64,000 nt of DNA. Origin: Candidatus Kaiserbacteria bacterium. GTDB taxonomy: Bacteria; Patescibacteriota; Minisyncoccia; Phycocordibacterales; UBA918. The translations under genes and the position numbers were made by a program. Below are positions 29,805 through 39,703 of this stretch, piece by piece. The notes under the pieces were generated by a model. That model searched no databases, had not been told where the DNA came from, and saw only the letters and a program-made list of their open reading frames with translations. The stretch covers positions 3,374 through 67,373 of the forward strand of contig JAGQME010000002.1 in the NCBI GenBank assembly GCA_020428795.1. Reading direction: 5' to 3'. The stretch's first letter is position 1. Each line of letters starts with the position of its first letter.

Positions 29805-29921
29805 ATGAAAGTAAGATCATCAGTTAAAAAAATGAGTCCTGACGACAAAATCGTCAAGCGTAGAGGTAAGGTCTTTGTTATCAACAAGCTAAAACCTCGC
29901 CACAAACAAAGACAGGGTTAA
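29805..29921 (+). CDS. rpmJ: 50S ribosomal protein L36 (Cys-less, non-zinc form)
   Basis: Manual translation gives [38 protein letters not shown]. It matches the L36 consensus, but the three Zn-ligand Cys are replaced by S/D/N. It is below the ORF-track length cut-off. Confidence 0.8.
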   Translation: MKVRSSVKKMSPDDKIVKRRGKVFVINKLKPRHKQRQG

Positions 29922-29933
29922 TTATTTCAAAAT

Positions 29934-30311
29934 ATGCGTATCGCCGGTATTACAATCCCAGACAACAAACACCTAGAATTCGGTCTAACCACCGTTCATG
30001 GTATTGGTAGAACCAGAGCTAAAGAAATTTTAGCTGAGTTAAATATTTCTGAATTCACCAAGCCAACTGACATTACGACCGATCAGGAGAATGCAATTCG
30101 TGAAAAAATTGAATCCTTTACTATAGAAGGTGAATTAAAGCGACAAGTTTCTAGTCATATTAAGCGCTTAAAGGATATCAAAAGCTACCGAGGCTCTAGA
30201 CATGCCAAAAGACTACCTTCTCGCGGTCAACGAACCAAGACAAACGCCAGAACACTTAAAGGTGTTAAGAAGACTATGGGTTCAGGTAAGCGTAAGTTGG
30301 AAAAGACTTAG
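29934..30311 (+). CDS. rpsM: 30S ribosomal protein S13
   Basis: MRIAGITIPDNKHLEFGLTTVHGIGRTRA. Confidence 0.95.
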   Translation: MRIAGITIPDNKHLEFGLTTVHGIGRTRAKEILAELNISEFTKPTDITTDQENAIREKIESFTIEGELKRQVSSHIKRLKDIKSYRGSRHAKRLPSRGQRTKTNARTLKGVKKTMGSGKRKLEKT

Positions 30312-30344
30312 TCTTAATTTATTAGTAATATTGATTAAATTCCT

Positions 30345-30776
30345 ATGGGTAAGAAAAGAATCATGAAGAAGAGTGGCGGCTCAGATATTGCGGGAACCTC
30401 GCGAGCTTTGAACCGTATTCCAAAAAAGAAGGTTGTAAATGGGCGACTGAATATTTTAGCTACCTTCAATAACACCCTACTAACCCTATGTGATCCTAAG
30501 GGTAACGCTGTTATGGCAGCCAGTAGTGGTGCTCTGGGCTTTAAAGGCTCAAGAAAAAGTACCCCTTTTGCCGCTGCTAAAGTGGGTGAGATAATTGGTG
30601 ATAAAGCTCTTCAGATGGGTATGAAGGACGCTGAAGTTATTATCAGGGGTGTCGGCGCTGGCCGTGAATCAGCCTTAAGGGCCTTTGCTGGTAAAGGTAT
30701 CACTGTTACCAAAATAATGGACAAAACACCGGTCCCACACAATGGACCAAGAGCTCCTAAAGCTAGACGTGTCTAA
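30345..30776 (+). CDS. rpsK: 30S ribosomal protein S11
   Basis: ATFNNTLLTLCDPKGNAV...GSRKSTPFAA. Confidence 0.95.
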   Translation: MGKKRIMKKSGGSDIAGTSRALNRIPKKKVVNGRLNILATFNNTLLTLCDPKGNAVMAASSGALGFKGSRKSTPFAAAKVGEIIGDKALQMGMKDAEVIIRGVGAGRESALRAFAGKGITVTKIMDKTPVPHNGPRAPKARRV

Positions 30777-30788
30777 TCTTGTATAAAT

Positions 30789-31394
30789 ATGAAAATAGGA
30801 CCTAAATTTAAAATAGCCAAAAGACTGGGAGCACCAATTTTTGAGAAAACACAAACTCAAAAATTCGCTCTTTCACAAGCCCGTGGTGGAAAAACGCTAA
30901 AACGCCGAGCACAGGTAAGTGACTATAAGCGCCAACTTATCGAAAAGCAAAAAATGCGTTTGACCTATGGTATAACCGAAAAACAGTTGCGTCGTTACGT
31001 TGATGAATCATTAACGAAAAGTCACCAACCGATTTCGTTGTTAATGTCCAGACTGGAATCTCGTCTTGATAACGTAGTTTATCGAATGGGTTTGGCTAAA
31101 ACCCGTCGTCTAGCTAGACAAATGGTAGCTCATGGTCACATCGTGGTAAATGGTAGAAAACTTTCAATACCATCTTACAAGGTTACTCCAGCAGACGTAA
31201 TAAGCGTCAGGGAAGGTAGTAAGAACAGTGGTCTTTTTGTAGGATTAGCAGAAAATCACGACCAAGCCAGCATTCCAGCTTGGGCTAGTTTTGACCTTAA
31301 GAAAATGGAAGGAAAATTATCAGCGCAACCGACTTACGATCCTAAGGAAGCAATGTTTGACCCGGAACAAGTATTTGAATTCTACAGTCGATAG
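30789..31394 (+). CDS. rpsD: 30S ribosomal protein S4
   Basis: LESRLDNVVYRMGLAKTRRLARQMVAHGHIVVNG S4-domain. Confidence 0.95.
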   Translation: MKIGPKFKIAKRLGAPIFEKTQTQKFALSQARGGKTLKRRAQVSDYKRQLIEKQKMRLTYGITEKQLRRYVDESLTKSHQPISLLMSRLESRLDNVVYRMGLAKTRRLARQMVAHGHIVVNGRKLSIPSYKVTPADVISVREGSKNSGLFVGLAENHDQASIPAWASFDLKKMEGKLSAQPTYDPKEAMFDPEQVFEFYSR

Positions 31395-31438
31395 TTCAAG
31401 TTCAATTAATAGAGGTAACCATAACTAATAACAAGCAT

Positions 31439-32404
31439 ATGTTAGAAACAAATGTAGCCCTACCGTCAAAGCCACGCATAATTAGCGAAGAAGATTTTCG
31501 TGGTATCTACGAAATTGATGGACTCTTTCCGGGCTATGGTCATACATTAGGTAACTCACTAAGAAGAATCATTCTTTCATCATTACCTGGTGCGGCTATC
31601 ACAAAAGTCAAGATAGAAGGTGTTGAACATGAATTTTCTACTATCGACGGAGTAAAAGAAGATGTCTTAGCCATACTGTTAAACATCAAGAAAATCCGTT
31701 TGGCTCTACATAGTGACGAACCGGTCTTAATTCAATTAAAGAAAAAGGGAGTTGGAGTGGTTTCTGCCAGCGATATAGACGCACCTTCACAAGTTGAGAT
31801 TCTAAACGGTGATCAACCAATAGCAGAGATTACTAGCAAATCTACTTCTCTAGATATTGAAATGACAGTTGAGAAGGGAATGGGTTATGTAGCTCGCGAA
31901 GTTCACCAAAAAGAAAAGGTGGAGATCGGAGTTATCGCCCTAGACGCTGTCTTTACACCAATCAGACGAGCCAATTATGAAGTCGAAAACATGCGAGTCG
32001 GTGATAGAACAGACTATAACCGTCTGAGGGTATTTATCGAGACCGATGGTACACTTACCCCTAAGGATGCCTTAGAAAATTCTATCGAGATAATGATTCA
32101 TCAATTGAAATCAATCATTGGTTTTCAAGAACAAGTCGCTCCTGAAAAAGTGGAGGTAGAGGTTGAGTCCACCAGCTCAGAAAGCTCACAAGAAATTGAT
32201 CCGGATATTCTTAAAACAAGAATCGAAAATCTTAATCTTAGCGCCAGAACTATGTCTGCTTTAGAGGAAGCCAACATCAGAACAGTTGGTGGCCTTGTGC
32301 GAAAGAAAAAAGATGATATTCTAGCGCTCGATGGTATTGGTCCTAAAGGACTAGACGAAATAATAGACCTACTCAAGGAGATGGGTACTTCACTAAACGA
32401 ATAG
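31439..32404 (+). CDS. rpoA: DNA-directed RNA polymerase subunit alpha
   Basis: [22 protein letters not shown] N-terminal domain and a C-terminal alpha-CTD ([22 protein letters not shown]). Confidence 0.95.
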   Translation: [321 protein letters not shown]

Positions 32405-32414
32405 TTTTATAAAT

Positions 32415-32771
32415 ATGCGACACGGAAACCAAAACAGAACACTAGGACGACCACGTAGCCAAAGAACAGCTCTTTTACGAGGTTTGGCTATTTCGTTGAT
32501 TCGCGACAACAAAATCAAGACTACTTTGGCAAAAGCTAAAGAAGTGAAACCTCTGGCTGAGAGATTAGTAACATATGCTAAATCTGGTTCTATTGCCGAC
32601 AGAAGAAGAGCTTCGTCAGTGCTAGGAGAGCCTGATGTTAAGGTGATCAACAAATTATTTAATGAGATCGCTCCTCGTTATAAGGAACGTTCTGGTGGAT
32701 ACACTAGAATAATCAAGATGGGTCGTACCTTAGCTGGTCGTGATGAAGCAGTAATTGAATATATTGATTAG
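32415..32771 (+). CDS. rplQ: 50S ribosomal protein L17
   Basis: MRHGNQNRTLGRPRSQRTALLRGLA. Confidence 0.9.
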   Translation: MRHGNQNRTLGRPRSQRTALLRGLAISLIRDNKIKTTLAKAKEVKPLAERLVTYAKSGSIADRRRASSVLGEPDVKVINKLFNEIAPRYKERSGGYTRIIKMGRTLAGRDEAVIEYID

Positions 32772-32775
32772 GTTT

Positions 32776-33138
32776 ATGAAAACTGAAACAAATACAACAG
32801 AATATACAATTGACGCTACCGACAAAAGACTTGGTAAGGTTGCTACTGAAGCAGCTTCTGTTTTGATCGGGAAAAATCGCACTGATTTCGCTCGACACAC
32901 CGTTGCTCCAGTAACTGTTGTTATTACAAACGCTAGCAAGATGGATATTTCTATAAGAAGAGGTAAGGAGATTTATCAGTCATACTCTGGTTATCCAGGT
33001 GGTAGACGAGAAGAGACTTTGGACCACCTTGGAAAAAGACTAGGTTACAGTGAAGTTTTGCGAAGGACTATCAAAGGTATGTTGCCAAAAAATAAATTAC
33101 AGGCGCTTCGTATGCATAATTTAAAAGTTTCTGAATAA
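32776..33138 (+). CDS. rplM: 50S ribosomal protein L13
   Basis: DATDKRLGKVATEAASVLIGKNRTDF. The start is taken at the Met just after the rplQ stop. Confidence 0.9.
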   Translation: MKTETNTTEYTIDATDKRLGKVATEAASVLIGKNRTDFARHTVAPVTVVITNASKMDISIRRGKEIYQSYSGYPGGRREETLDHLGKRLGYSEVLRRTIKGMLPKNKLQALRMHNLKVSE

Positions 33139-33142
33139 TTTT

Positions 33143-33544
33143 ATGGTTACTACAAAATACACAGAAGGAATCGGAAGACGTAAAACAGCCACCGCTAGAG
33201 TGCGTATAATACCTGCCAAAGCAACTACTGTAACCGTTAACGACAAACCTATAAGTGAATATTTCACTATAGAATCACATGTAAAAGATGTTATGTCTGT
33301 ACTAGACACAAAAGAAGCTGGTATCGAGGACTACACCATTACGGCCAAAGTATCTGGAAGCGGCCTATCAGCTCAAGCTGAAGCCATCAGACTAGGAATT
33401 GCTAGAGCTTTAGTTGGTGAAAAGAAAGATAGAAGGAGCATTCTCAAGCCACTTGGTTTCCTCAAGCGTGACCCACGTTCAGTTGAAAGAAAGAAATTCG
33501 GACTACTTAAGGCGAGACGTAAACCACAGTGGTCTAAACGATAA
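33143..33544 (+). CDS. rpsI: 30S ribosomal protein S9
   Basis: GIGRRKTATARV...GLLKARRKPQWSKR. Confidence 0.95.
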   Translation: MVTTKYTEGIGRRKTATARVRIIPAKATTVTVNDKPISEYFTIESHVKDVMSVLDTKEAGIEDYTITAKVSGSGLSAQAEAIRLGIARALVGEKKDRRSILKPLGFLKRDPRSVERKKFGLLKARRKPQWSKR

Positions 33545-33582
33545 GAAGTACAATAGACCCACTCACACTAATCAGTGTATTA

Positions 33583-33613
33583 AAGAAGGACCCTTAAAAG
33601 GGTCCTTCTTTAC
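33583..33613 (+). terminator. rho-independent terminator after rpsI (aagaaggaccc-ttaaaa-gggtccttcttt)
   Basis: 11-bp GC-containing stem with a trailing T-run. A -35/-10-like pair (TTACAT...TATAAT) for grpE follows. Confidence 0.7.
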
Positions 33614-33646
33614 ATAGCACCTTTTTATCGTTATAATACTGTCGCT

Positions 33647-34249
33647 ATGATGAATGACAAAAATGATAGTGAGGTTGAAATCGATATTGAAACAGAAAAC
33701 CCTGACCAGATGGATGTCTCACTTGAGGAGATTGAAAACAATAGCGAAGAAAAGATAAAGAAATTACAAGCCAAAATAAAGCATTTAGAATCTGAAAAAG
33801 CTACCTTAATGGAAGATTTCCAGAGAGCTAAAGCTGAGTTTCTAAATGCTAGACGACGGTTGGAAGACCAAAAAATAGAAGATATTGAGAAGGCTACTAC
33901 TCGTTTTATCGAGTCTATCTTGCCAATGGCAGACAGCTTTCATATGGCGATGACAAACGAGGAACAGTGGCAAAGCGTTGATGATGTTTGGCGCAAGGGA
34001 GTAGAAAGTATAAACAATCAACTAAAATCAGTATTTACTCTTTATGGTGTAATCGAGATAAATCCAACTGGTCAAACCTTTGATCCCCAAAAACACGAAG
34101 CTGTTTCTAATCTACCAGTGTCTGAAGAGACTGAAAACGATAAGATTCAAAATGTAGTACAACTAGGTTATGAACGAGTTCGTAAAGACAACAGAAGCGA
34201 ACTGATACGACCAGCTAAAGTAACCGTGGGACAATATATTACTAACTAA
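33647..34249 (+). CDS. grpE: nucleotide exchange factor GrpE
   Basis: Coiled-coil N-terminus, then the RRRLEDQKIEDIEKA...SILPMADSF GrpE core. Confidence 0.85.
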   Translation: MMNDKNDSEVEIDIETENPDQMDVSLEEIENNSEEKIKKLQAKIKHLESEKATLMEDFQRAKAEFLNARRRLEDQKIEDIEKATTRFIESILPMADSFHMAMTNEEQWQSVDDVWRKGVESINNQLKSVFTLYGVIEINPTGQTFDPQKHEAVSNLPVSEETENDKIQNVVQLGYERVRKDNRSELIRPAKVTVGQYITN

Positions 34250-34258
34250 AAAAATATT

Positions 34259-36178
34259 ATGGCAAAAATACTTGGAATTGACTTAGGAACAACAAACTCA
34301 GCGATGGCAATTATTGAAGCGGGGGAGCCGGTGATTATTGAAAACGCTGAAGGCAACCGGACCACACCTTCAATCGTAGCCATCTCTAAGACGAAAGAAC
34401 GCCTAGTTGGACAGATCGCTAAACGACAGGCAGTAACCAATCCTAAAAACACCATTTATGGCATTAAACGTTTCATGGGTCACAACTTTGATGAAGAAGC
34501 GGTCCAAAAAGATAAAAAATTCGTCTCCTATGAGGTTAAAAAGGGTTCAGACGACGGTGTGTTAGTGACTTTGGCAGATAAAGATTACCGACCAGAAGAA
34601 ATATCAGCCATGATTCTGTCCAAGCTAAAGGCTGACGCTGAAGCTAAAACTGGAGAAACTATAACTGAAGCCGTCATCACTGTACCAGCCTACTTCAATG
34701 ACTCACAAAGAAAGGCCACTCAAGACGCTGGTAAGATAGCTGGTCTAGAGGTTAAGCGTATTATCAACGAGCCAACGGCTGCCGCTTTGGCTTATGGTTT
34801 CAACAAAAAGAAAGAGGAGAAGATTGTAGTGTACGACTTTGGTGGTGGTACATTTGACGTGACGGTTCTTGAAGTTGGCGATGATGTTGTTGAGGTTCAG
34901 TCAACCGACGGAGACGCTCATATGGGTGGTAGAGATATTGATCAAGAAATTGTTAAATACCTAATCGCTGAATTCAAAAAAGTAGAAGGGATTGATCTTA
35001 GCACAGACAACCTGGCCTTACAAAGACTTGATGAAGCTGCTGAAAAAGCCAAGCTTGAATTATCATCATCAGGTGATACTGAAATAAATATTCCATTTAT
35101 TACATCAGGTAGCGAAGGACCGAAGCACTTACTAATTACACTAACTCGCTCCAAACTAGAAGAACTGGCCGAAGAATACATTGACCGTTCGATTGAAATC
35201 ACTAAGAGAGCTTTGGAAGCATCCTCTTTCAAAAAAGAAGATATTGACGAGATTATTCTAGTTGGTGGTCAAACTAGAATGCCTAAGATCGTATCAGCGG
35301 TGAAAGAGTTATTTGGCAAAGAACCAAACAAATCAATCAACCCTGACGAAGTAGTGGCTCTAGGAGCAGCTATTCAAGCCGGAATTTTCCAAGGTGATGT
35401 ACAAGACATTACTTTAGTAGACGTAATTCCACTATCACTTGGTATCGAAACTATGGGTGGTGTGGCCACAAAATTAATAGAGAAAAACACCCACATACCA
35501 ACCAAAAAAGAACAGGTTTTCTCCACAGCCGCTGACAACCAAACCTCAACCGAGATTCACATTGTACAGGGAGAGCGGGCTCAGGCCGTTGACAACAAAT
35601 CACTTGGTAAATTTGTGCTCGATGGTATTCCACCAGCCCCAAGAGGGATGCCGCAAATTGCTGTCACTTTTGATGTCGATAGTAACGGAGTTCTGAATGT
35701 AACGGCCAAGGACAAATCAACCGGCAAAGAACAATCTATTCGAATCGAAGCTAACTCTGGTCTATCTAGCGACGACATCGAGCGAATGAAAAAAGACGCC
35801 GAAGATCACGCCGAAGAAGATAAGCGTAAGAAAGAAATTATTGAAGCCCGCAATATCGCCGACCAGATGATCTATACCGCCGAAAAATCACTAAAAGATT
35901 ACGGGGACAAAGTTACTGACGAGATAAAAACAGCCGTTAATACTAAAATCTCCGCTCTTAAAGAGGTAAAAGATAAAGACGATAAAGGTGCCATCGATAA
36001 AGCCAGTGAGGAATTATCAAACGAGATGCAAAAAATCGGTGAAGTAATGCAAAAAGCTACCAGCGAAGCAGGAGGGGAAACACAGCCAAGTGATTCTGGA
36101 AACAAAAATGATAATGAAGAAAATGTCAGAGACGCTGAGACCACCGATAAAGAGACTGGGGAAGACGAAACTAAGTAA
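34259..36178 (+). CDS. dnaK: molecular chaperone DnaK (Hsp70)
   Basis: [18 protein letters not shown] and [13 protein letters not shown] motifs. Confidence 0.95.
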   Translation: MAKILGIDLGTTNSAMAIIEAGEPVIIENAEGNRTTPSIVAISKTKERLVGQIAKRQAVTNPKNTIYGIKRFMGHNFDEEAVQKDKKFVSYEVKKGSDDGVLVTLADKDYRPEEISAMILSKLKADAEAKTGETITEAVITVPAYFNDSQRKATQDAGKIAGLEVKRIINEPTAAALAYGFNKKKEEKIVVYDFGGGTFDVTVLEVGDDVVEVQSTDGDAHMGGRDIDQEIVKYLIAEFKKVEGIDLSTDNLALQRLDEAAEKAKLELSSSGDTEINIPFITSGSEGPKHLLITLTRSKLEELAEEYIDRSIEITKRALEASSFKKEDIDEIILVGGQTRMPKIVSAVKELFGKEPNKSINPDEVVALGAAIQAGIFQGDVQDITLVDVIPLSLGIETMGGVATKLIEKNTHIPTKKEQVFSTAADNQTSTEIHIVQGERAQAVDNKSLGKFVLDGIPPAPRGMPQIAVTFDVDSNGVLNVTAKDKSTGKEQSIRIEANSGLSSDDIERMKKDAEDHAEEDKRKKEIIEARNIADQMIYTAEKSLKDYGDKVTDEIKTAVNTKISALKEVKDKDDKGAIDKASEELSNEMQKIGEVMQKATSEAGGETQPSDSGNKNDNEENVRDAETTDKETGEDETK

Positions 36179-36248
36179 TTGATTTTTAGAGCGGAAGACA
36201 TTGTTTTCCGTTCTATAAAGTAGCTTACAATGAAACTAAAATAACTTT

Positions 36249-37322
36249 ATGTCACAAAAAGATTATTACCAAATACTAGGACTACAAAAAGGAGCCTCAA
36301 GAGATGAGGTTAAGAAGGCTTTTCGTAAATTAGCAGCGGTGTATCATCCAGATAAAAAGACTGGCGACGAAGCAAAATTCAAAGAATTAAGTGAGGCCTA
36401 TGCTGTTTTGGGTGACGAGAAGAAAAAAGCAGAGTACGACACCTACGGACACGCCTTCTCCGGAGCGGGTGGTGGCGGAGCTCAAGGTTTTGGTGGTGGT
36501 TTTAATTGGCAGGATTTTCAAAATGCTTCCGGAGCTCAAGGTTTTGAATTTGATCTCGGTGACATATTTGGAGACATGTTTGGTGGACAAAGTAGACACC
36601 AAGCTCGCGGTCGTGACATATCGATAGACATCGAACTTACCTTCGAAGAGTCTATTTTTGGAGTAACTAGAAAAGTCTTACTAAGCAAAATGAATAAGTG
36701 CGACGAATGTAAGGGTAGCGGTGCTAAGGCTGGTACAGAAATGACTGCTTGTAGTGTCTGTAACGGTAACGGCCGAATCCGAGAGACCAAACAAAGCATC
36801 ATGGGTACTTTCCAGACCGTTAGAGAGTGTTCAACCTGTCACGGTACCGGAGAAGTTCCTAAGGAAAAATGTCCGCACTGTGCCGGTGCCGGTATACGAA
36901 AAACTCAAGAGGAGATAGAAGTGAAAATACCGGCCGGTATCCAAAATGGCGAAATGATTCGTATGACCGGCCGTGGTGAAGCTATCGCCAGAGGAGAAGC
37001 TGGGGACTTATATATAAAAATCCACACCAAGTCTCATTCTAATATTGTTAGAGATGGTAGCACCCTCACCACTAAACTACACATAAAGCTTTCTGATGCT
37101 CTACTCGGCAACGAATATAAAGTAACTACTTTAGATGGTGATGTGAATATCAAAATACCGGCTGGTATCAAACATGGTGAACTACTGCGCATAAAGGGTA
37201 AGGGTGTACCCCAAGGAAGTGGGAGAGGTGACTTTATGGTAAAAATCATGATCGATATTCCACAACGATTATCAAGACGAGCTAAGAAATTGATTGAGGA
37301 ATTAAAGAACGAAGGGATATAA
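36249..37322 (+). CDS. dnaJ: molecular chaperone DnaJ
   Basis: J-domain HPD (YHPDKK), a G/F-rich linker, and four CxxCxGxG zinc-finger repeats. Confidence 0.9.
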   Translation: MSQKDYYQILGLQKGASRDEVKKAFRKLAAVYHPDKKTGDEAKFKELSEAYAVLGDEKKKAEYDTYGHAFSGAGGGGAQGFGGGFNWQDFQNASGAQGFEFDLGDIFGDMFGGQSRHQARGRDISIDIELTFEESIFGVTRKVLLSKMNKCDECKGSGAKAGTEMTACSVCNGNGRIRETKQSIMGTFQTVRECSTCHGTGEVPKEKCPHCAGAGIRKTQEEIEVKIPAGIQNGEMIRMTGRGEAIARGEAGDLYIKIHTKSHSNIVRDGSTLTTKLHIKLSDALLGNEYKVTTLDGDVNIKIPAGIKHGELLRIKGKGVPQGSGRGDFMVKIMIDIPQRLSRRAKKLIEELKNEGI

Positions 37323-37331
37323 AATAGTTAA

Positions 37332-37751
37332 ATGGTTCGCCAAAGTACACAATTGAATTTTGGCGATAGTCGCCAACCAAAGACCGCTTTCATGCTTTAC
37401 GAAAAGATAATTGAAGACCGCGGCAGTAAGTATTCGGTTAGCCTTGGACGAGTTGAGTCTAGTCAAGAAATAAAAAATTTTTTGAAAGAACTAAAGCAGA
37501 ACAAGAAGTACGCCAAAGCCACCCATAACTCTTGGGCAGTTCGGCTAGCCAAAGACGAAGCTATCTACGAAACCAAAAGCGACGATGGAGAGACAGGGGC
37601 GGGTATGGTAATCCTTAGAGTAATGCAAAAAGAAAATATCACTAACTGTATCGTCTGTGTCACCAGATGGTTTGGCGGTGTTAAGCTTATGGGTGACAGA
37701 TTCAAACACATTCAAGACGCTACAAAATACGCCCTTGAAAGAATACCTTAA
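37332..37751 (+). CDS. YigZ/IMPACT-family (UPF0029) protein
   Basis: RGSKYSVSLGRV...THNSWA...DDGETGAGMVIL matches the IMPACT N-terminal domain. Confidence 0.6.
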   Translation: MVRQSTQLNFGDSRQPKTAFMLYEKIIEDRGSKYSVSLGRVESSQEIKNFLKELKQNKKYAKATHNSWAVRLAKDEAIYETKSDDGETGAGMVILRVMQKENITNCIVCVTRWFGGVKLMGDRFKHIQDATKYALERIP

Positions 37752-37885
37752 TTTAGGGCAGTCAAGGCAAACTAGTCAAACCACTCCTTTGTAAATTTAA
37801 ATGATGCCTGAAGATACTATTTTTTCGTCCACAACTTGTGTGAAAAAAACTTTTATACGATTTTGATAGGTTATAATTTACAAAT

Positions 37886-38371
37886 ATGGATACTGCTTCG
37901 TTAGTTGGCTTTTTGCAAGAGTCGTTGTTTTTGATAGTTGTCTTCACGTCTTTCTTAGTTATCACACTTGCCTTTGGCAGACAAACCATCACTAATATAA
38001 TCTTGGGTCTTTATCTGGCCTTTTTGATATCGCTTAAATTTCCTTACTACAATGCTTTACTATCAAAAACCAATGGTGTAAAAGGCGAGGCTATATTGTT
38101 ACTTGGTATTTTTCTAATCTTTGCCGCCGTGACAACTTTTTTATTTATCCATGTTTTACCGAGAGAATACGACGAAAAAGCCTTTGAGGGTTTTTGGAAG
38201 AAAATTTTGCTAGCTGGTGCAGCCACTGTCTTAGTCACAGCTTTTAGTTATCACGCCCTCCCCGTCACAGAACTTATCACTCCAGGGTCTCCGGTCACTT
38301 TTCTCTTTGGCTCAGAACATTCATTTTTCTGGTGGCTCCTCGCACCGATTTTAGTTTTGTTTATTGTTTGA
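37886..38371 (+). CDS. hypothetical membrane protein
   Basis: Four predicted TM helices and no recognisable domain. Confidence 0.45.
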   Translation: MDTASLVGFLQESLFLIVVFTSFLVITLAFGRQTITNIILGLYLAFLISLKFPYYNALLSKTNGVKGEAILLLGIFLIFAAVTTFLFIHVLPREYDEKAFEGFWKKILLAGAATVLVTAFSYHALPVTELITPGSPVTFLFGSEHSFFWWLLAPILVLFIV

Positions 38372-38419
38372 TTAGCTACTCCAATTAGACAAAACAGCGT
38401 ATAAAAGTATTTTAAATTT

Positions 38420-39082
38420 ATGTTACCTGACTTATCCCTACCTTTGCTTCTAAGTATACTTGTCTTCTGTCTTCATCTTACTGGGTACACTATATACGCA
38501 ATTCATACACTAAGAGAAAAAATAAAGCCTAATGTAGCCAGCTGGTCAATGTGGATTTTTGGTGGGGTTGTTGAGTATCTTACCTACGATGCTATAGACA
38601 CTGAAAACTGGTTTAGTTCGAGTCTTCCTTTAGCTTGTCTGATCGGACTTTCCATGATATTTACAGCTACTCTTTTTTTACAGATCAAGAGTTATTTGAA
38701 AACCAAATCCTTTGATAAAAACCTACACCCACCGGAAAGGGTGGACTATTATTTAATACTCTTTGATGTTTCGGCTGGGTTTATTTGGTTAGTGCTTCAT
38801 TTGCCAACTTTAGCCAACATAATTGCTGTTGGTTCTTCGATTGTTACTTTCATACCAATATGGAGAACCACTCTAAAAACCGGTGAGGAGAAGGCTCTAC
38901 CATGGATATTTTGGTGTTTGGCTTACACCGGTATGGCTATCATAGTAATTCTAGAAGGTGGAGATAAAATTTTTGATAAATTATTTTACCCACTATATTA
39001 TCTATTATTGCATTTTGTTGTTTTGATTTTATGCTATCCTGTAATTAGGGTTTATATACGATATCTGATTAAATTTGAATAG
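38420..39082 (+). CDS. hypothetical membrane protein
   Basis: Six predicted TM helices and no recognisable domain. Confidence 0.45.
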   Translation: MLPDLSLPLLLSILVFCLHLTGYTIYAIHTLREKIKPNVASWSMWIFGGVVEYLTYDAIDTENWFSSSLPLACLIGLSMIFTATLFLQIKSYLKTKSFDKNLHPPERVDYYLILFDVSAGFIWLVLHLPTLANIIAVGSSIVTFIPIWRTTLKTGEEKALPWIFWCLAYTGMAIIVILEGGDKIFDKLFYPLYYLLLHFVVLILCYPVIRVYIRYLIKFE

Positions 39083-39083
39083 G

Positions 39084-39557
39084 ATGAAAAAAATTTCTGT
39101 CGTCAAAAGCGCAATTCATGGTAGGGGATTGGTTGCCAAAGAACCAATCAAAAAAGGAGAGTTTATAGGAACAATCAAAGGTCCAGTCATGTATAAAGTT
39201 AACAAGACCATCAAGGATACTTTCTCACACCCTGACTGGGTTGGTTTTAAAAAGAATTACTGGACAGATCCATTACCACCAGCTAAATATCTAAATCATT
39301 CGTGTGAGGCAAACAGTGGCATCAAAGGTACCAGAACACTACACGCAGTAAAGGACATAAAAGAGGGCGAGGAAGTAACTATAGATTATTCAACAACCGA
39401 GTTAGATCTCAATTGGTTTTTAGACTGCCAGTGTAGTAGCAAAAAATGCCGTAACAAGGTTACTTCTATTCAAAATTTACCGAAAGAGGTTTTTAACTCG
39501 TACCTACCGTTTGTACCTACGTATAACAAGACTTATTATATTAAATATTGTACATGA
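39084..39557 (+). CDS. SET-domain protein (putative protein-lysine methyltransferase)
   Basis: GRGLVAKEPIKKGEFI, NHSCEAN (NHSCxPN), EEVTIDY and post-SET-like CQCSSKKC. The start is taken at MKKISVV, right after the upstream stop. Confidence 0.7.
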   Translation: MKKISVVKSAIHGRGLVAKEPIKKGEFIGTIKGPVMYKVNKTIKDTFSHPDWVGFKKNYWTDPLPPAKYLNHSCEANSGIKGTRTLHAVKDIKEGEEVTIDYSTTELDLNWFLDCQCSSKKCRNKVTSIQNLPKEVFNSYLPFVPTYNKTYYIKYCT

Positions 39558-39703
39558 AACTAAACCCGTCTATAGTAATTAGAAGCCTGCTGTTAGCCCT
39601 GATATTGATTTCTATTGCTATTACTTTCGTATCAAAAATCATTTTAAAAGATTATGATATTGAATTTAATCCAGACGGATTACCAACACTTGATGAATAA
39701 TGT

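Noticed and set aside
33545-33646. CIRCE (HrcA operator) upstream of grpE-dnaK-dnaJ
   Set aside because: No TTAGCACTC-N9-GAGTGCTAA-like inverted repeat is present, only a terminator hairpin and a promoter-like TTACAT/TATAAT.
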